Shown one piece after another: positions 9,238 through 22,087 of a DNA stretch of 64,000 nucleotides. Position 1 is the stretch's first letter. The number at the start of each line of letters is the position of its first letter. The position numbers were made by a program, and so were the translations under genes. The notes under the pieces were generated by a model, which had not been told where the DNA came from, did not search any database, and worked only from the letters and a program-made list of their open reading frames with translations. Source of the stretch: Escherichia coli (GTDB lineage: Bacteria > Pseudomonadota > Gammaproteobacteria > Enterobacterales > Enterobacteriaceae); assembly GCF_044647545.1 (NCBI RefSeq), contig NZ_CP172818.1, one strand, 5' to 3'.

Positions 9238-11354
9238 CGCAGGAAACGATGGATTATCACGCTCTGAATGCGATGCTTAACCTTTACGATAGCGCAGGTC
9301 GCATTCAGTTCGATAAAGATCTCCAGGCAGTAGACGCCTTTATGACGACGCATGTGCGTCCGAACAGTGTGGCCTTCAGTAGCCAGCAGCAGCGCCTGAA
9401 CTGGCTGGTTAACGAAGGTTACTATGATGAAAGTGTCCTTAATCGCTACTCTCGCGATTTTGTCATTACGCTGTTTGCCCACGCGCACGCCAGCGGTTTT
9501 CGTTTCCAGACATTCCTCGGAGCATGGAAGTTTTACACCAGCTATACGTTGAAGACATTCGACGGTAAGCGTTATCTGGAAGATTTTGCCGATCGCGTCA
9601 CGATGGTGGCGCTGACGCTGGCACAAGGCGATGAAACACTGGCGACGCAGCTCACTGATGAGATGCTGTCAGGACGCTTTCAGCCAGCCACGCCAACATT
9701 CCTCAACTGCGGTAAGCAGCAGCGCGGCGAACTGGTTTCCTGTTTTCTGCTGCGTATTGAAGACAATATGGAGTCGATTGGCCGGGCAGTAAATTCCGCA
9801 CTACAACTGTCGAAACGCGGCGGCGGCGTAGCATTTTTGCTGTCGAATCTGCGGGAAGCGGGCGCGCCAATTAAACGTATTGAAAATCAATCTTCTGGCG
9901 TGATTCCGGTGATGAAAATGCTGGAAGACGCATTTTCCTATGCTAACCAACTCGGCGCGCGTCAGGGGGCTGGGGCAGTCTATTTACATGCTCATCATCC
10001 CGATATTCTGCGTTTTCTCGATACAAAACGGGAAAATGCCGACGAAAAAATCCGCATTAAAACACTGTCGCTGGGCGTGGTGATCCCGGATATCACTTTC
10101 CATCTGGCAAAAGAGAATGCGCAGATGGCGCTGTTTTCGCCTTATGACGTAGAGCGAGTTTATGGCAAACCGTTTGCCGATGTCGCCATCAGCGAACGCT
10201 ATGACGAACTGGTTGCCGATGAACGCATTCGCAAAAAATACCTCAACGCCCGTGATTTCTTCCAGCGACTGGCAGAGATCCAGTTTGAGTCTGGCTATCC
10301 GTACATCATGTATGAAGACACGGTTAACCGTGCTAACCCTATCGCCGGGCGCATAAATATGAGCAATCTCTGCTCAGAAATTTTGCAGGTTAACAGCGCC
10401 TCAGAATATGACGAGAATCTCGACTATGCTCGTACAGGCCATGATATTTCCTGCAATCTAGGGTCGTTGAATATTGCCCACACAATGGATTCCCCCGACT
10501 TTGCCCGCACGGTAGAGACTGCCGTACGCGGTTTAACGGCGGTGTCAGATATGAGTCATATCCGCAGCGTGCCGTCCATCGAAGCCGGAAATGCCGCCTC
10601 ACACGCCATCGGTCTGGGGCAGATGAATTTACACGGTTATCTGGCGCGAGAAGGCATCGCTTATGGTTCGCCGGAAGCACTGGATTTCACCAATCTCTAT
10701 TTCTATACCATCACCTGGCACGCACTGCGTACCTCGATGTTGCTGGCGCGCGAACGCGGTGAAACCTTCGCCGGGTTCAAACAGTCACGCTATGCCAGTG
10801 GTGAATATTTCAGCCAATATCTGCAAAGTAACTGGCAGCCGAAAACGGCGAAAGTTGGCGAACTGTTTGCCCGTAGTGGTATTACGTTACCTACCCGTGA
10901 GATGTGGGCGCAGCTGCGCGACGACGTGATGCGCTATGGCATATACAACCAGAATCTCCAGGCGGTGCCGCCAACCGGTTCTATCTCTTATATCAACCAT
11001 GCCACGTCGAGTATTCATCCGATTGTGGCGAAAGTAGAGATACGCAAAGAGGGCAAAACAGGACGCGTTTACTACCCTGCCCCGTTTATGACTAACGAAA
11101 ATCTGGCGCTGTATCAGGACGCTTACGAAATCGGCGCAGAAAAGATCATCGACACCTACGCGGAAGCGACTCGCCATGTCGATCAGGGGCTGTCGCTGAC
11201 GCTGTTTTTCCCCGATACCGCCACCACTCGCGATATCAACAAAGCGCAGATTTACGCCTGGCGCAAAGGTATCAAAACGCTCTATTACATCCGCCTGCGT
11301 CAGATGGCGCTGGAAGGCACTGAAATTGAAGGCTGCGTCTCCTGTGCACTTTAA
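9210..11354 (+). CDS. nrdE: class Ib ribonucleotide reductase alpha subunit
   Basis: ORF track 9210..11354, 714 aa; recognised NrdE. Confidence 0.96.
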   Translation: MATTTAERLTQETMDYHALNAMLNLYDSAGRIQFDKDLQAVDAFMTTHVRPNSVAFSSQQQRLNWLVNEGYYDESVLNRYSRDFVITLFAHAHASGFRFQTFLGAWKFYTSYTLKTFDGKRYLEDFADRVTMVALTLAQGDETLATQLTDEMLSGRFQPATPTFLNCGKQQRGELVSCFLLRIEDNMESIGRAVNSALQLSKRGGGVAFLLSNLREAGAPIKRIENQSSGVIPVMKMLEDAFSYANQLGARQGAGAVYLHAHHPDILRFLDTKRENADEKIRIKTLSLGVVIPDITFHLAKENAQMALFSPYDVERVYGKPFADVAISERYDELVADERIRKKYLNARDFFQRLAEIQFESGYPYIMYEDTVNRANPIAGRINMSNLCSEILQVNSASEYDENLDYARTGHDISCNLGSLNIAHTMDSPDFARTVETAVRGLTAVSDMSHIRSVPSIEAGNAASHAIGLGQMNLHGYLAREGIAYGSPEALDFTNLYFYTITWHALRTSMLLARERGETFAGFKQSRYASGEYFSQYLQSNWQPKTAKVGELFARSGITLPTREMWAQLRDDVMRYGIYNQNLQAVPPTGSISYINHATSSIHPIVAKVEIRKEGKTGRVYYPAPFMTNENLALYQDAYEIGAEKIIDTYAEATRHVDQGLSLTLFFPDTATTRDINKAQIYAWRKGIKTLYYIRLRQMALEGTEIEGCVSCAL

Positions 11355-12323
<969 letters not shown>

Positions 12324-12582
12324 GGGGGTTATTTTCAAAAATATCACTACCCGCTGCAGGGAAATAATTCCCGCCAAATAGCTTTATATCACGCAAATAA
12401 TTTGTGGTGATCTACACTGATACTCTGTTGCATTATTCGCCTGAAACCACAATATTCAGGCGTTTTTTTGCTATCTTTGACAAAAAATATCAACTTTTCT
12501 CGATTTGCTCTCAGCCCTTATATCATGGGAAATTCCGGCGATTTGCTCACATCAATATTCATGCCACATTTGCCATCAGGGG

Positions 12583-12610
12583 TTGCCTCAGATTCTCAGT
12601 ATGTTAGGGT
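12583..12610 (+). promoter_or_regulatory. osmotically induced proU promoter (sigma70-type -35 TTGCCT / -10 TAGGGT)
   Basis: TTGCCT at 12583-12588 and TAGGGT at 12605-12610, 16-bp spacer, about 70 bp upstream of proV; matches the described proU promoter (established knowledge). Confidence 0.6.
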
Positions 12611-12678
12611 AGAAAAAAGTGACTATTTCCATTGGGTAATGTATCGACATAAACAAATAACAGGAATCTTTCTATTGC

Positions 12679-13881
12679 ATGGCAATTAAATTAGAAATTA
12701 AAAATCTTTATAAAATATTTGGTGAGCATCCACAGCGAGCTTTCAAATATATCGAACAAGGACTTTCAAAAGAACAAATTCTGGAAAAAACTGGGCTATC
12801 GCTTGGCGTAAAAGACGCCAGTCTGGCCATTGAAGAAGGCGAGATATTTGTCATCATGGGATTATCCGGTTCGGGTAAATCCACAATGGTACGCCTTCTC
12901 AATCGCCTGATTGAACCCACCCGCGGGCAAGTGCTGATTGATGGTGTGGATATTGCCAAAATATCCGACGCCGAACTCCGTGAGGTGCGCAGAAAAAAGA
13001 TTGCGATGGTCTTCCAGTCCTTTGCCTTAATGCCGCATATGACCGTGCTGGACAATACTGCGTTCGGTATGGAATTGGCCGGAATTAATGCCGAAGAACG
13101 CCGGGAAAAAGCCCTTGATGCACTGCGTCAGGTCGGGCTAGAAAATTATGCCCACAGCTACCCGGATGAACTCTCTGGCGGGATGCGTCAACGTGTGGGA
13201 TTAGCCCGCGCGTTAGCGATTAATCCGGATATATTATTAATGGACGAAGCCTTCTCGGCGCTCGATCCATTAATTCGCACTGAGATGCAGGATGAGCTGG
13301 TAAAATTACAGGCGAAACATCAGCGCACCATTGTCTTTATTTCTCACGATCTCGACGAAGCTATGCGTATTGGTGACCGAATTGCCATTATGCAAAATGG
13401 TGAAGTGGTGCAGGTTGGTACACCGGATGAAATTCTTAATAATCCGGCGAATGATTATGTCCGTACCTTCTTCCGTGGCGTCGATATTAGTCAGGTATTC
13501 AGTGCGAAAGATATTGCTCGCCGGACACCGAACGGCTTAATTCGTAAAACCCCCGGCTTCGGCCCGCGTTCGGCACTGAAATTATTGCAGGATGAAGATC
13601 GCGAATATGGCTACGTCATCGAACGTGGTAATAAGTTTGTCGGCGCAGTGTCTATCGATTCGCTTAAAACCGCGTTAACGCAGCAGCAAGGTCTTGATGC
13701 GGCGCTGATTGATGCGCCGTTAGCGGTCGATGCACAAACGCCTCTTAGCGAGTTGCTCTCTCATGTCGGACAGGCACCCTGTGCGGTGCCCGTGGTCGAC
13801 GAGGACCAACAGTATGTCGGCATCATTTCGAAAGGAATGCTGCTGCGCGCTTTAGATCGTGAGGGGGTAAATAATGGCTGA
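12679..13881 (+). CDS. proV: glycine betaine/proline ABC transporter ATPase
   Basis: ORF track 12679..13881, 400 aa; Walker [10 protein letters not shown]; C-terminal CBS domains. Confidence 0.96.
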   Translation: MAIKLEIKNLYKIFGEHPQRAFKYIEQGLSKEQILEKTGLSLGVKDASLAIEEGEIFVIMGLSGSGKSTMVRLLNRLIEPTRGQVLIDGVDIAKISDAELREVRRKKIAMVFQSFALMPHMTVLDNTAFGMELAGINAEERREKALDALRQVGLENYAHSYPDELSGGMRQRVGLARALAINPDILLMDEAFSALDPLIRTEMQDELVKLQAKHQRTIVFISHDLDEAMRIGDRIAIMQNGEVVQVGTPDEILNNPANDYVRTFFRGVDISQVFSAKDIARRTPNGLIRKTPGFGPRSALKLLQDEDREYGYVIERGNKFVGAVSIDSLKTALTQQQGLDAALIDAPLAVDAQTPLSELLSHVGQAPCAVPVVDEDQQYVGIISKGMLLRALDREGVNNG

Positions 13882-14938
13882 TCAAAATAATCCGTGGGAT
13901 ACCACGCCAGCGGCGGACAGTGCTGCACAATCCGCAGACGCCTGGGGTACACCGGCTGCTGCACCGACTGACGGCGGTGGTGCTGACTGGCTGACCAGTA
14001 CGCCTGCGCCAAACGTCGAGCATTTTAATATTCTCGATCCGTTCCATAAAACTCTGATCCCGCTCGACAGTTGGGTCACTGAAGGGATCGACTGGGTCGT
14101 TACCCATTTCCGTCCCGTCTTCCAGGGCGTGCGCGTTCCGGTTGATTATATCCTCAACGGTTTCCAGCAATTGCTGCTGGGTATGCCCGCGCCGGTGGCG
14201 ATTATCGTTTTCGCTCTCATCGCCTGGCAGATTTCCGGGGTCGGAATGGGCGTGGCGACGCTGGTTTCGCTGATTGCCATCGGCGCAATCGGTGCCTGGT
14301 CGCAGGCCATGGTTACCCTGGCGCTGGTGTTAACCGCCCTGCTGTTCTGTATCGTCATAGGTTTGCCGTTGGGGATCTGGCTGGCGAGAAGTCCGCGAGC
14401 GGCGAAAATTATTCGTCCACTGCTTGATGCCATGCAGACCACGCCCGCGTTTGTTTATCTGGTGCCAATCGTCATGCTGTTTGGTATCGGCAACGTGCCG
14501 GGCGTGGTGGTGACGATCATCTTTGCGCTGCCGCCGATTATCCGTCTGACGATTCTGGGAATTAACCAGGTTCCGGCGGATCTGATTGAAGCCTCGCGCT
14601 CATTCGGTGCCAGCCCGCGCCAGATGCTGTTCAAAGTTCAGTTACCGCTGGCGATGCCAACCATTATGGCGGGCGTTAACCAGACGCTGATGCTGGCCCT
14701 TTCTATGGTGGTCATCGCCTCGATGATTGCCGTCGGCGGGCTGGGTCAGATGGTACTTCGCGGTATCGGTCGTCTGGATATGGGGCTTGCCACCGTTGGC
14801 GGCGTCGGGATTGTGATCCTCGCCATTATCCTCGACCGCCTGACGCAGGCCGTTGGGCGCGACTCACGCAGTCGCGGCAACCGTAGATGGTACACCACTG
14901 GCCCTGTTGGTCTGCTGACCCGCCCATTCATTAAGTAA
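13874..14938 (+). CDS. proW: glycine betaine/proline ABC transporter permease
   Basis: ORF track 13874..14938, 354 aa; overlaps proV by 8 bp. Confidence 0.96.
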   Translation: MADQNNPWDTTPAADSAAQSADAWGTPAAAPTDGGGADWLTSTPAPNVEHFNILDPFHKTLIPLDSWVTEGIDWVVTHFRPVFQGVRVPVDYILNGFQQLLLGMPAPVAIIVFALIAWQISGVGMGVATLVSLIAIGAIGAWSQAMVTLALVLTALLFCIVIGLPLGIWLARSPRAAKIIRPLLDAMQTTPAFVYLVPIVMLFGIGNVPGVVVTIIFALPPIIRLTILGINQVPADLIEASRSFGASPRQMLFKVQLPLAMPTIMAGVNQTLMLALSMVVIASMIAVGGLGQMVLRGIGRLDMGLATVGGVGIVILAIILDRLTQAVGRDSRSRGNRRWYTTGPVGLLTRPFIK

Positions 14939-14994
14939 CTCTGCACTTGCCCGGTAACGCCGGGCATATCACCCTGCCAAAAAAAGGAATAACA

Positions 14995-15987
14995 ATGCGA
15001 CATAGCGTACTTTTTGCGACAGCGTTTGCCACGCTTATCTCTACACAAACTTTTGCTGCCGACCTGCCGGGCAAAGGCATTACTGTTAATCCGGTTCAGA
15101 GCACCATCACCGAAGAAACTTTCCAGACGCTGCTGGTCAGCCGCGCGCTGGAGAAATTAGGTTATACCGTCAATAAACCCAGCGAAGTGGATTACAACGT
15201 TGGCTACACCTCGCTTGCTTCCGGCGATGCAACCTTCACCGCAGTGAACTGGACGCCACTGCATGACAACATGTACGAAGCTGCCGGTGGCGATAAGAAA
15301 TTTTATCGTGAAGGAGTATTTGTTAACGGCGCGGCACAGGGTTACCTGATCGATAAGAAAACCGCCGACCAGTATAAAATTACCAACATCGCGCAACTTA
15401 AAGATCCGAAGATCGCCAAACTGTTCGATACCAACGGCGACGGTAAAGCGGATTTAACCGGCTGTAACCCAGGCTGGGGCTGCGAAGGTGCGATCAACCA
15501 CCAGCTTGCCGCGTATGGACTGACCAATACCGTGACGCATAATCAGGGGAACTACGCAGCGATGATGGCTGACACCATCAGTCGTTACAAAGAGGGTAAG
15601 CCGGTGTTTTACTACACCTGGACGCCGTACTGGGTGAGTAACGAACTGAAACCGGGGAAAGATGTGGTCTGGTTGCAGGTGCCGTTCTCCGCACTGCCGG
15701 GCGATAAAAATGCCGATACCAAACTGCCGAATGGCGCGAATTACGGCTTCCCGGTCAGTACCATGCATATCGTTGCCAACAAAGCCTGGGCCGAGAAAAA
15801 CCCGGCAGCAGCGAAACTGTTTGCCATTATGCAGTTACCAGTGGCAGATATTAACGCCCAGAACGCCATTATGCATGACGGCAAAGCCTCAGAAGGCGAT
15901 ATTCAGGGCCACGTTGATGGCTGGATCAAAGCCCACCAGCAGCAGTTCGATGGCTGGGTGAATGAGGCGCTGGCAGCGCAGAAGTAA
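14995..15987 (+). CDS. proX: glycine betaine/proline periplasmic binding protein
   Basis: ORF track frame 14947..15987; start placed at ATG 14995 ([14 protein letters not shown]... signal peptide) with AAGGA RBS. Confidence 0.94.
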   Translation: MRHSVLFATAFATLISTQTFAADLPGKGITVNPVQSTITEETFQTLLVSRALEKLGYTVNKPSEVDYNVGYTSLASGDATFTAVNWTPLHDNMYEAAGGDKKFYREGVFVNGAAQGYLIDKKTADQYKITNIAQLKDPKIAKLFDTNGDGKADLTGCNPGWGCEGAINHQLAAYGLTNTVTHNQGNYAAMMADTISRYKEGKPVFYYTWTPYWVSNELKPGKDVVWLQVPFSALPGDKNADTKLPNGANYGFPVSTMHIVANKAWAEKNPAAAKLFAIMQLPVADINAQNAIMHDGKASEGDIQGHVDGWIKAHQQQFDGWVNEALAAQK

Positions 15988-15994
15988 TTTTTAT

Positions 15995-16076
15995 TCGGGC
16001 GGATAAGGCGTTTTTGCCTCATCCGCCGCTCTGTACACAATGCCTGATGCGACGCTGGTGCGTCTTATCATACCTA
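15995..16076. repeat. REP elements (two units) downstream of proX
   Basis: ttcgggcggataaggcg...catccgccg and gcctgatgcgacgctggtgcgtcttatca palindromes. Confidence 0.6.
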
Positions 16077-16178
16077 CAAACCACACCGCACATTTCAACA
16101 ATCTATCTTTCATCCCATATTCATCAACATCCGCTATTATTGATTTCCAGCTTAATCATCACCTGATGAACAAAAATA

Positions 16179-17363
16179 ATGACTAAACCTAATCATGAGC
16201 TTAGCCCGGCGCTGATCGTGCTGATGTCTATCGCCACCGGTCTGGCGGTAGCCAGTAACTATTACGCCCAGCCATTGCTCGACACCATCGCGCGTAACTT
16301 TTCCCTTTCCGCCAGTTCGGCAGGCTTTATTGTTACCGCCGCGCAGTTGGGCTATGCCGCAGGTCTGCTGTTTCTTGTTCCCCTCGGTGATATGTTTGAA
16401 CGCCGCCGCCTGATTGTCTCGATGACCTTACTGGCGGCAGGCGGCATGTTAATCACTGCCAGCAGTCAGTCGCTGGCGATGATGATCCTCGGTACGGCAT
16501 TAACCGGTTTATTCTCAGTCGTGGCACAAATTCTGGTTCCGCTGGCAGCGACGCTGGCTTCACCGGACAAACGCGGCAAAGTGGTCGGCACCATTATGAG
16601 CGGGCTGCTGTTGGGGATCTTGCTGGCACGGACCGTTGCCGGATTGCTGGCGAGTCTCGGTGGCTGGCGAACTGTCTTTTGGGTCGCTTCGGTATTAATG
16701 GCACTGATGGCGCTGGCGTTATGGCGTGGTCTGCCACAAATGAAATCAGAAACCCACCTCAACTACCCACAGTTGTTGGGTTCCGTTTTCAGCATGTTTA
16801 TCAGCAATAAGATCCTGCGCACCCGCGCGTTGCTGGGCTGCCTGACCTTTGCCAACTTCAGCATTCTCTGGACCTCAATGGCCTTTTTGCTTGCCGCTCC
16901 ACCTTTTAACTACAGCGATGGTGTAATTGGTCTGTTTGGGCTTGCGGGAGCTGCCGGAGCGTTGGGCGCTCGTCCGGCGGGCGGTTTTGCCGATAAGGGC
17001 AAATCACACCACACCACAACTTTCGGCCTGCTGCTGCTGTTACTTTCATGGCTGGCTATCTGGTTTGGACACACTTCTGTACTGGCGCTGGTTATCGGCA
17101 TCCTGGTGCTGGACCTCACCGTGCAGGGGGTGCACATCACTAACCAGACGGTAATTTATCGAATTTACCCCGATGCGCGTAATCGCCTGACTGCAGGTTA
17201 CATGACCAGCTACTTTATTGGCGGTGCTGCCGGTTCGCTAATTTCAGCCTCAGCCTGGCAACATGGCGGTTGGGCTGGCGTTTGTCTGGCTGGCGCGACG
17301 ATTGCCCTGGTTAACTTACTGGTCTGGTGGCGAGGTTTTCATCGTCAGGAAGCCGCAAATTAA
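16179..17363 (+). CDS. ygaY: MFS-family transporter, apparently intact 394-aa reading frame
   Basis: ORF track 16179..17363; about 12 predicted hydrophobic segments; position between proX and ygaZ. Confidence 0.85.
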   Translation: MTKPNHELSPALIVLMSIATGLAVASNYYAQPLLDTIARNFSLSASSAGFIVTAAQLGYAAGLLFLVPLGDMFERRRLIVSMTLLAAGGMLITASSQSLAMMILGTALTGLFSVVAQILVPLAATLASPDKRGKVVGTIMSGLLLGILLARTVAGLLASLGGWRTVFWVASVLMALMALALWRGLPQMKSETHLNYPQLLGSVFSMFISNKILRTRALLGCLTFANFSILWTSMAFLLAAPPFNYSDGVIGLFGLAGAAGALGARPAGGFADKGKSHHTTTFGLLLLLLSWLAIWFGHTSVLALVIGILVLDLTVQGVHITNQTVIYRIYPDARNRLTAGYMTSYFIGGAAGSLISASAWQHGGWAGVCLAGATIALVNLLVWWRGFHRQEAAN

Positions 17364-17486
17364 GCAATCAGCAACCGTTTTCGTGGCTTTACACTTATAA
17401 GGGTGTTAAGAAGCCCATCAGTCTGATAAGGTTAAGATATTCATTCAGTCTATTTATAATATTAACAATCGTTAAGCGTACACTCT

Positions 17487-18224
17487 ATGGAAAGCCCTAC
17501 TCCACAGCCTGCTCCTGGTTCGGCGACCTTCATGGAAGGATGCAAAGACAGTTTACCGATTGTTATTAGTTATATTCCGGTGGCCTTTGCGTTCGGTCTG
17601 AATGCGACCCGTCTGGGATTCTCTCCTCTCGAAAGCGTTTTTTTCTCCTGCATCATTTATGCAGGCGCGAGCCAGTTCGTCATTACCGCGATGCTGGCAG
17701 CCGGGAGTAGTTTGTGGGTTGCTGCACTGACCGTCATGGCAATGGATGTTCGCCATGTTTTGTATGGCCCGTCACTGCGTAGCCGTATTATTCAGCGTCT
17801 GCAAAAATCGAAAACCGCCCTGTGGGCATTTGGCCTGACGGATGAGGTTTTTGCCGCCGCAACCGCAAAACTGGTACGCAATAATCGCCGCTGGAGCGAG
17901 AACTGGATGATCGGCATTGCCTTCAGTTCATGGTCATCGTGGGTATTTGGTACGGTAATAGGGGCATTCTCCGGCAGCGGCTTGCTGCAAGGATATCCCG
18001 CCGTTGAAGCAGCATTAGGTTTTATGCTTCCGGCACTCTTTATGAGTTTCCTGCTCGCCTCTTTCCAGCGCAAACAATCTCTTTGCGTTACCGCAGCGTT
18101 AGTTGGTGCCCTTGCAGGCGTAACGCTATTTTCTATTCCCGTCGCCATTCTGGCAGGCATTGTCTGTGGCTGCCTCACTGCGTTAATCCAGGCATTCTGG
18201 CAAGGAGCGCCCGATGAGCTATGA
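17487..18224 (+). CDS. ygaZ: AzlC-family branched-chain amino acid (valine) exporter subunit
   Basis: ORF track 17487..18224, 245 aa. Confidence 0.9.
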   Translation: MESPTPQPAPGSATFMEGCKDSLPIVISYIPVAFAFGLNATRLGFSPLESVFFSCIIYAGASQFVITAMLAAGSSLWVAALTVMAMDVRHVLYGPSLRSRIIQRLQKSKTALWAFGLTDEVFAAATAKLVRNNRRWSENWMIGIAFSSWSSWVFGTVIGAFSGSGLLQGYPAVEAALGFMLPALFMSFLLASFQRKQSLCVTAALVGALAGVTLFSIPVAILAGIVCGCLTALIQAFWQGAPDEL

Positions 18225-18549
18225 GGTTTTGCTGCTTGGGTTACTGGTTGGCACGGCGAATTATTGCTTCCGCTATTTGCCGCTGCGCCTGCGTGTGGGT
18301 AATGCCCGCCCAACCAAACGTGGCGCGATAGGCATATTGCTCGACACCATTGGCATCGCCTCGATATGCGCTCTGCTGGTTGTCTCTACCGCACCAGAAG
18401 TGATGCACGATACACGCCGTTTCGTGCCCACACTGGTCGGCTTCGCGGTACTGGGTGCCAGTTTCTATAAAACACGCAGCATTATCATCCCAACACTGCT
18501 TAGTGCGCTGGCCTACGGGCTCGCCTGGAAAGTGATGGCGATTATATAA
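18214..18549 (+). CDS. ygaH: AzlD-family exporter small subunit
   Basis: ORF track 18214..18549, 111 aa; overlaps ygaZ by 11 bp. Confidence 0.9.
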   Translation: MSYEVLLLGLLVGTANYCFRYLPLRLRVGNARPTKRGAIGILLDTIGIASICALLVVSTAPEVMHDTRRFVPTLVGFAVLGASFYKTRSIIIPTLLSALAYGLAWKVMAII

Positions 18550-18639
18550 CCCACAAGAATCATTTTTCTAAAACAATACATTTACTTTATTTGTCACTGT
18601 CGTTACTATATCGGCTGAAATTAATGAGGTCATACCCAA

Positions 18640-19170
18640 ATGGATAGTTCGTTTACGCCCATTGAACAAATGCTAAAATTTCGCGCCAGCCGCCACGAAG
18701 ATTTTCCTTATCAGGAGATCCTTCTGACTCGTCTTTGCATGCACATGCAAAGCAAGCTGCTGGAGAACCGCAATAAAATGCTGAAGGCTCAGGGGATTAA
18801 CGAGACGTTGTTTATGGCGTTGATTACGCTGGAGTCTCAGGAAAACCACAGTATTCAGCCTTCTGAATTGAGTTGTGCTCTTGGATCATCCCGTACCAAC
18901 GCGACGCGTATTGCCGATGAACTGGAAAAACGCGGTTGGATCGAACGTCGTGAAAGCGATAACGATCGCCGCTGCCTGCATCTGCAATTAACGGAAAAAG
19001 GTCACGAGTTTTTGCGCGAGGTTTTACCACCGCAGCATAATTGCCTGCATCAACTCTGGTCCGCGCTCAGCACAACAGAAAAAGATCAGCTCGAGCAAAT
19101 CACCCGCAAATTGCTCTCCCGTCTCGACCAGATGGAACAAGACGGTGCGGTTCTCGAAGCGATGAGCTAA
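18640..19170 (+). CDS. mprA: MarR-family repressor of emrAB
   Basis: ORF track 18640..19170, 176 aa; recognised MprA/EmrR. Confidence 0.95.
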   Translation: MDSSFTPIEQMLKFRASRHEDFPYQEILLTRLCMHMQSKLLENRNKMLKAQGINETLFMALITLESQENHSIQPSELSCALGSSRTNATRIADELEKRGWIERRESDNDRRCLHLQLTEKGHEFLREVLPPQHNCLHQLWSALSTTEKDQLEQITRKLLSRLDQMEQDGAVLEAMS

Positions 19171-19296
19171 CGCGTCATCTCGCTCAAAAATCCAGATTTA
19201 TAAAAGAAAAAATGACTGGCCAGCATCGCAACATGCTGGCCTTTTTGGCAAGCAGGTCGGCTCAGCCGATGAGTTAAGAAGATCGTGGAGAACAAT

Positions 19297-20469
19297 ATGA
19301 GCGCAAATGCGGAGACTCAAACCCCGCAGCAACCGGTAAAGAAGAGCGGCAAACGTAAGCGTCTGCTCCTCCTTCTCACCTTGCTCTTTATAATTATTGC
19401 CGTAGCGATAGGGATTTATTGGTTTTTGGTACTGCGTCATTTCGAAGAAACCGATGACGCATACGTGGCAGGGAATCAGATTCAAATTATGTCTCAGGTG
19501 TCTGGCAGCGTGACGAAAGTCTGGGCCGATAACACCGATTTTGTAAAAGAAGGCGACGTGCTGGTCACTCTCGACCCGACAGATGCTCGCCAGGCATTTG
19601 AAAAAGCCAAAACGGCACTGGCTTCCAGCGTTCGCCAAACCCACCAGCTGATGATTAACAGCAAACAGTTGCAGGCGAATATTGAGGTGCAAAAAATCGC
19701 CCTCGCGAAAGCACAAAGCGACTACAACCGCCGTGTGCCGCTGGGCAATGCCAACCTGATTGGTCGCGAAGAGCTGCAACACGCCCGCGACGCCGTCACC
19801 AGTGCCCAGGCACAACTGGACGTCGCTATTCAACAATACAATGCCAATCAGGCGATGATTCTGGGGACGAAACTGGAAGATCAGCCTGCCGTGCAACAGG
19901 CTGCCACCGAAGTACGTAACGCCTGGCTGGCGCTGGAGCGTACCCGTATTGTCAGTCCGATGACCGGTTATGTCTCCCGCCGCGCGGTACAGCCTGGGGC
20001 GCAAATTAGCCCAACGACGCCGCTGATGGCGGTCGTTCCAGCCACCAATATGTGGGTGGATGCCAACTTTAAAGAGACGCAGATTGCCAATATGCGTATC
20101 GGTCAATCGGTCACCATCACCACCGATATTTACGGCGATGATGTGAAATACACCGGAAAAGTGGTTGGTCTGGATATGGGCACAGGTAGCGCGTTCTCAC
20201 TGCTTCCGGCGCAAAATGCGACCGGTAACTGGATCAAAGTCGTTCAGCGTCTGCCTGTGCGTATTGAACTGGACCAGAAACAGCTGGAGCAATACCCGCT
20301 GCGTATCGGTTTATCCACGCTGGTGAGCGTCAATACCACTAACCGTGACGGTCAGGTACTGGCAAATAAAGTACGTTCCACACCGGTAGCGGTAAGCACC
20401 GCGCGTGAAATCAGCCTGGCACCTGTCAATAAACTGATCGACGATATCGTAAAAGCTAACGCTGGCTAA
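19297..20469 (+). CDS. emrA: multidrug efflux membrane fusion protein
   Basis: ORF track frame 19285..20469; start placed at ATG 19297 with GGAG RBS at 19287-19290; 390 aa. Confidence 0.95.
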   Translation: MSANAETQTPQQPVKKSGKRKRLLLLLTLLFIIIAVAIGIYWFLVLRHFEETDDAYVAGNQIQIMSQVSGSVTKVWADNTDFVKEGDVLVTLDPTDARQAFEKAKTALASSVRQTHQLMINSKQLQANIEVQKIALAKAQSDYNRRVPLGNANLIGREELQHARDAVTSAQAQLDVAIQQYNANQAMILGTKLEDQPAVQQAATEVRNAWLALERTRIVSPMTGYVSRRAVQPGAQISPTTPLMAVVPATNMWVDANFKETQIANMRIGQSVTITTDIYGDDVKYTGKVVGLDMGTGSAFSLLPAQNATGNWIKVVQRLPVRIELDQKQLEQYPLRIGLSTLVSVNTTNRDGQVLANKVRSTPVAVSTAREISLAPVNKLIDDIVKANAG

Positions 20470-20485
20470 TCCAGAGGTGCGTGTG

Positions 20486-22024
20486 ATGCAACAGCAAAAA
20501 CCGCTGGAAGGCGCGCAACTGGTCATTATGACGATTGCGCTGTCACTGGCGACATTCATGCAGGTGCTGGACTCCACCATTGCTAACGTGGCGATCCCCA
20601 CTATCGCCGGGAATCTGGGCTCATCGCTCAGCCAGGGAACGTGGGTAATCACTTCTTTCGGGGTGGCGAATGCCATCTCGATCCCGCTTACCGGCTGGCT
20701 GGCAAAGCGCGTCGGGGAAGTGAAACTGTTCCTCTGGTCCACCATCGCCTTTGCTATTGCGTCGTGGGCGTGTGGTGTCTCCAGCAGCCTGAATATGCTG
20801 ATCTTCTTCCGCGTGATTCAGGGGATTGTCGCCGGGCCGTTAATTCCGCTTTCGCAAAGTCTATTGCTGAATAACTACCCGCCAGCCAAACGCTCGATCG
20901 CGCTGGCGTTGTGGTCGATGACGGTGATTGTCGCGCCAATTTGCGGCCCGATCCTCGGCGGGTATATCAGTGACAATTACCACTGGGGCTGGATATTCTT
21001 CATCAACGTACCGATTGGCGTGGCGGTGGTGTTGATGACACTGCAAACCCTGCGCGGACGCGAAACCCGCACCGAACGGCGGCGGATTGATGCCGTGGGG
21101 CTGGCACTGCTGGTTATTGGTATCGGCAGCCTGCAGATTATGCTCGACCGCGGTAAAGAGCTGGACTGGTTCTCATCACAGGAAATTATCATCCTCACCG
21201 TGGTGGCGGTGGTGGCTATCTGCTTCCTGATTGTCTGGGAGCTGACCGACGATAACCCGATAGTCGATCTGTCGTTGTTTAAGTCGCGCAACTTCACCAT
21301 CGGCTGCTTGTGTATCAGCCTCGCGTATATGCTCTACTTCGGCGCGATTGTTCTGCTGCCGCAGTTGTTGCAGGAGGTCTACGGTTACACGGCAACGTGG
21401 GCAGGTCTGGCCTCTGCGCCGGTAGGAATTATTCCGGTGATCCTGTCGCCGATTATCGGCCGCTTCGCGCATAAACTGGATATGCGGCGGCTGGTAACCT
21501 TCAGCTTTATTATGTATGCCGTCTGCTTCTACTGGCGTGCCTATACCTTTGAACCGGGTATGGATTTTGGCGCGTCGGCCTGGCCGCAGTTTATCCAGGG
21601 TTTTGCGGTGGCCTGCTTCTTTATGCCGCTAACCACCATTACGCTGTCCGGTTTGCCACCGGAACGACTGGCGGCAGCATCGAGCCTCTCCAACTTTACG
21701 CGAACGCTGGCGGGGTCTATCGGCACGTCGATAACCACGACCATGTGGACCAACCGCGAGTCGCTGCACCATGCGCAGTTGACTGAGTCGGTAAACCCGT
21801 TCAACCCGAATGCCCAGGCGATGTACAGTCAACTGGAAGGGCTTGGGATGACGCAACAGCAGGCATCAGGCTGGATTGCCCAGCAGATCACCAATCAGGG
21901 GCTGATTATTTCCGCCAATGAGATCTTCTGGATGTCAGCCGGGATATTCCTCGTCCTGCTGGGGCTGGTGTGGTTTGCTAAACCGCCATTTGGCGCAGGT
22001 GGCGGCGGAGGCGGTGCGCACTAA
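20486..22024 (+). CDS. emrB: multidrug efflux MFS transporter (14-TMS DHA2 family)
   Basis: ORF track frame 20477..22024; start placed at ATG 20486 (MQQQKPLEGAQ...); 512 aa. Confidence 0.95.
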   Translation: MQQQKPLEGAQLVIMTIALSLATFMQVLDSTIANVAIPTIAGNLGSSLSQGTWVITSFGVANAISIPLTGWLAKRVGEVKLFLWSTIAFAIASWACGVSSSLNMLIFFRVIQGIVAGPLIPLSQSLLLNNYPPAKRSIALALWSMTVIVAPICGPILGGYISDNYHWGWIFFINVPIGVAVVLMTLQTLRGRETRTERRRIDAVGLALLVIGIGSLQIMLDRGKELDWFSSQEIIILTVVAVVAICFLIVWELTDDNPIVDLSLFKSRNFTIGCLCISLAYMLYFGAIVLLPQLLQEVYGYTATWAGLASAPVGIIPVILSPIIGRFAHKLDMRRLVTFSFIMYAVCFYWRAYTFEPGMDFGASAWPQFIQGFAVACFFMPLTTITLSGLPPERLAAASSLSNFTRTLAGSIGTSITTTMWTNRESLHHAQLTESVNPFNPNAQAMYSQLEGLGMTQQQASGWIAQQITNQGLIISANEIFWMSAGIFLVLLGLVWFAKPPFGAGGGGGGAH

Positions 22025-22033
22025 GTACAACTA

Positions 22034-22060
22034 AGCCAGTTCATTTGAACTGGCTTTTTT
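22034..22060 (+). terminator. rho-independent terminator after emrB
   Basis: agccagttca-tttg-aactggct hairpin followed by TTTTTT. Confidence 0.7.
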
Positions 22061-22087
22061 CAATTAATTGTGAAGATAGTTTACTGA

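Noticed and set aside
12404-12689. Two overlapping 67-73-aa ORFs upstream of proV
   Set aside because: They span the proU promoter, have no convincing RBS and are AT-rich low-complexity frames.
19198-20106. 302-aa ORF on the minus strand
   Set aside because: Antisense to emrA and overlapping the mprA 3' end; no RBS; shadow ORF.
21985-22024. GGN codon run encoding the C-terminal GAGGGGGGAH tail of EmrB, a possible slippage or phase-variation tract
   Set aside because: It is a mixed-codon glycine run, not a homopolymeric nucleotide tract, and I believe it is part of the normal EmrB C-terminus.
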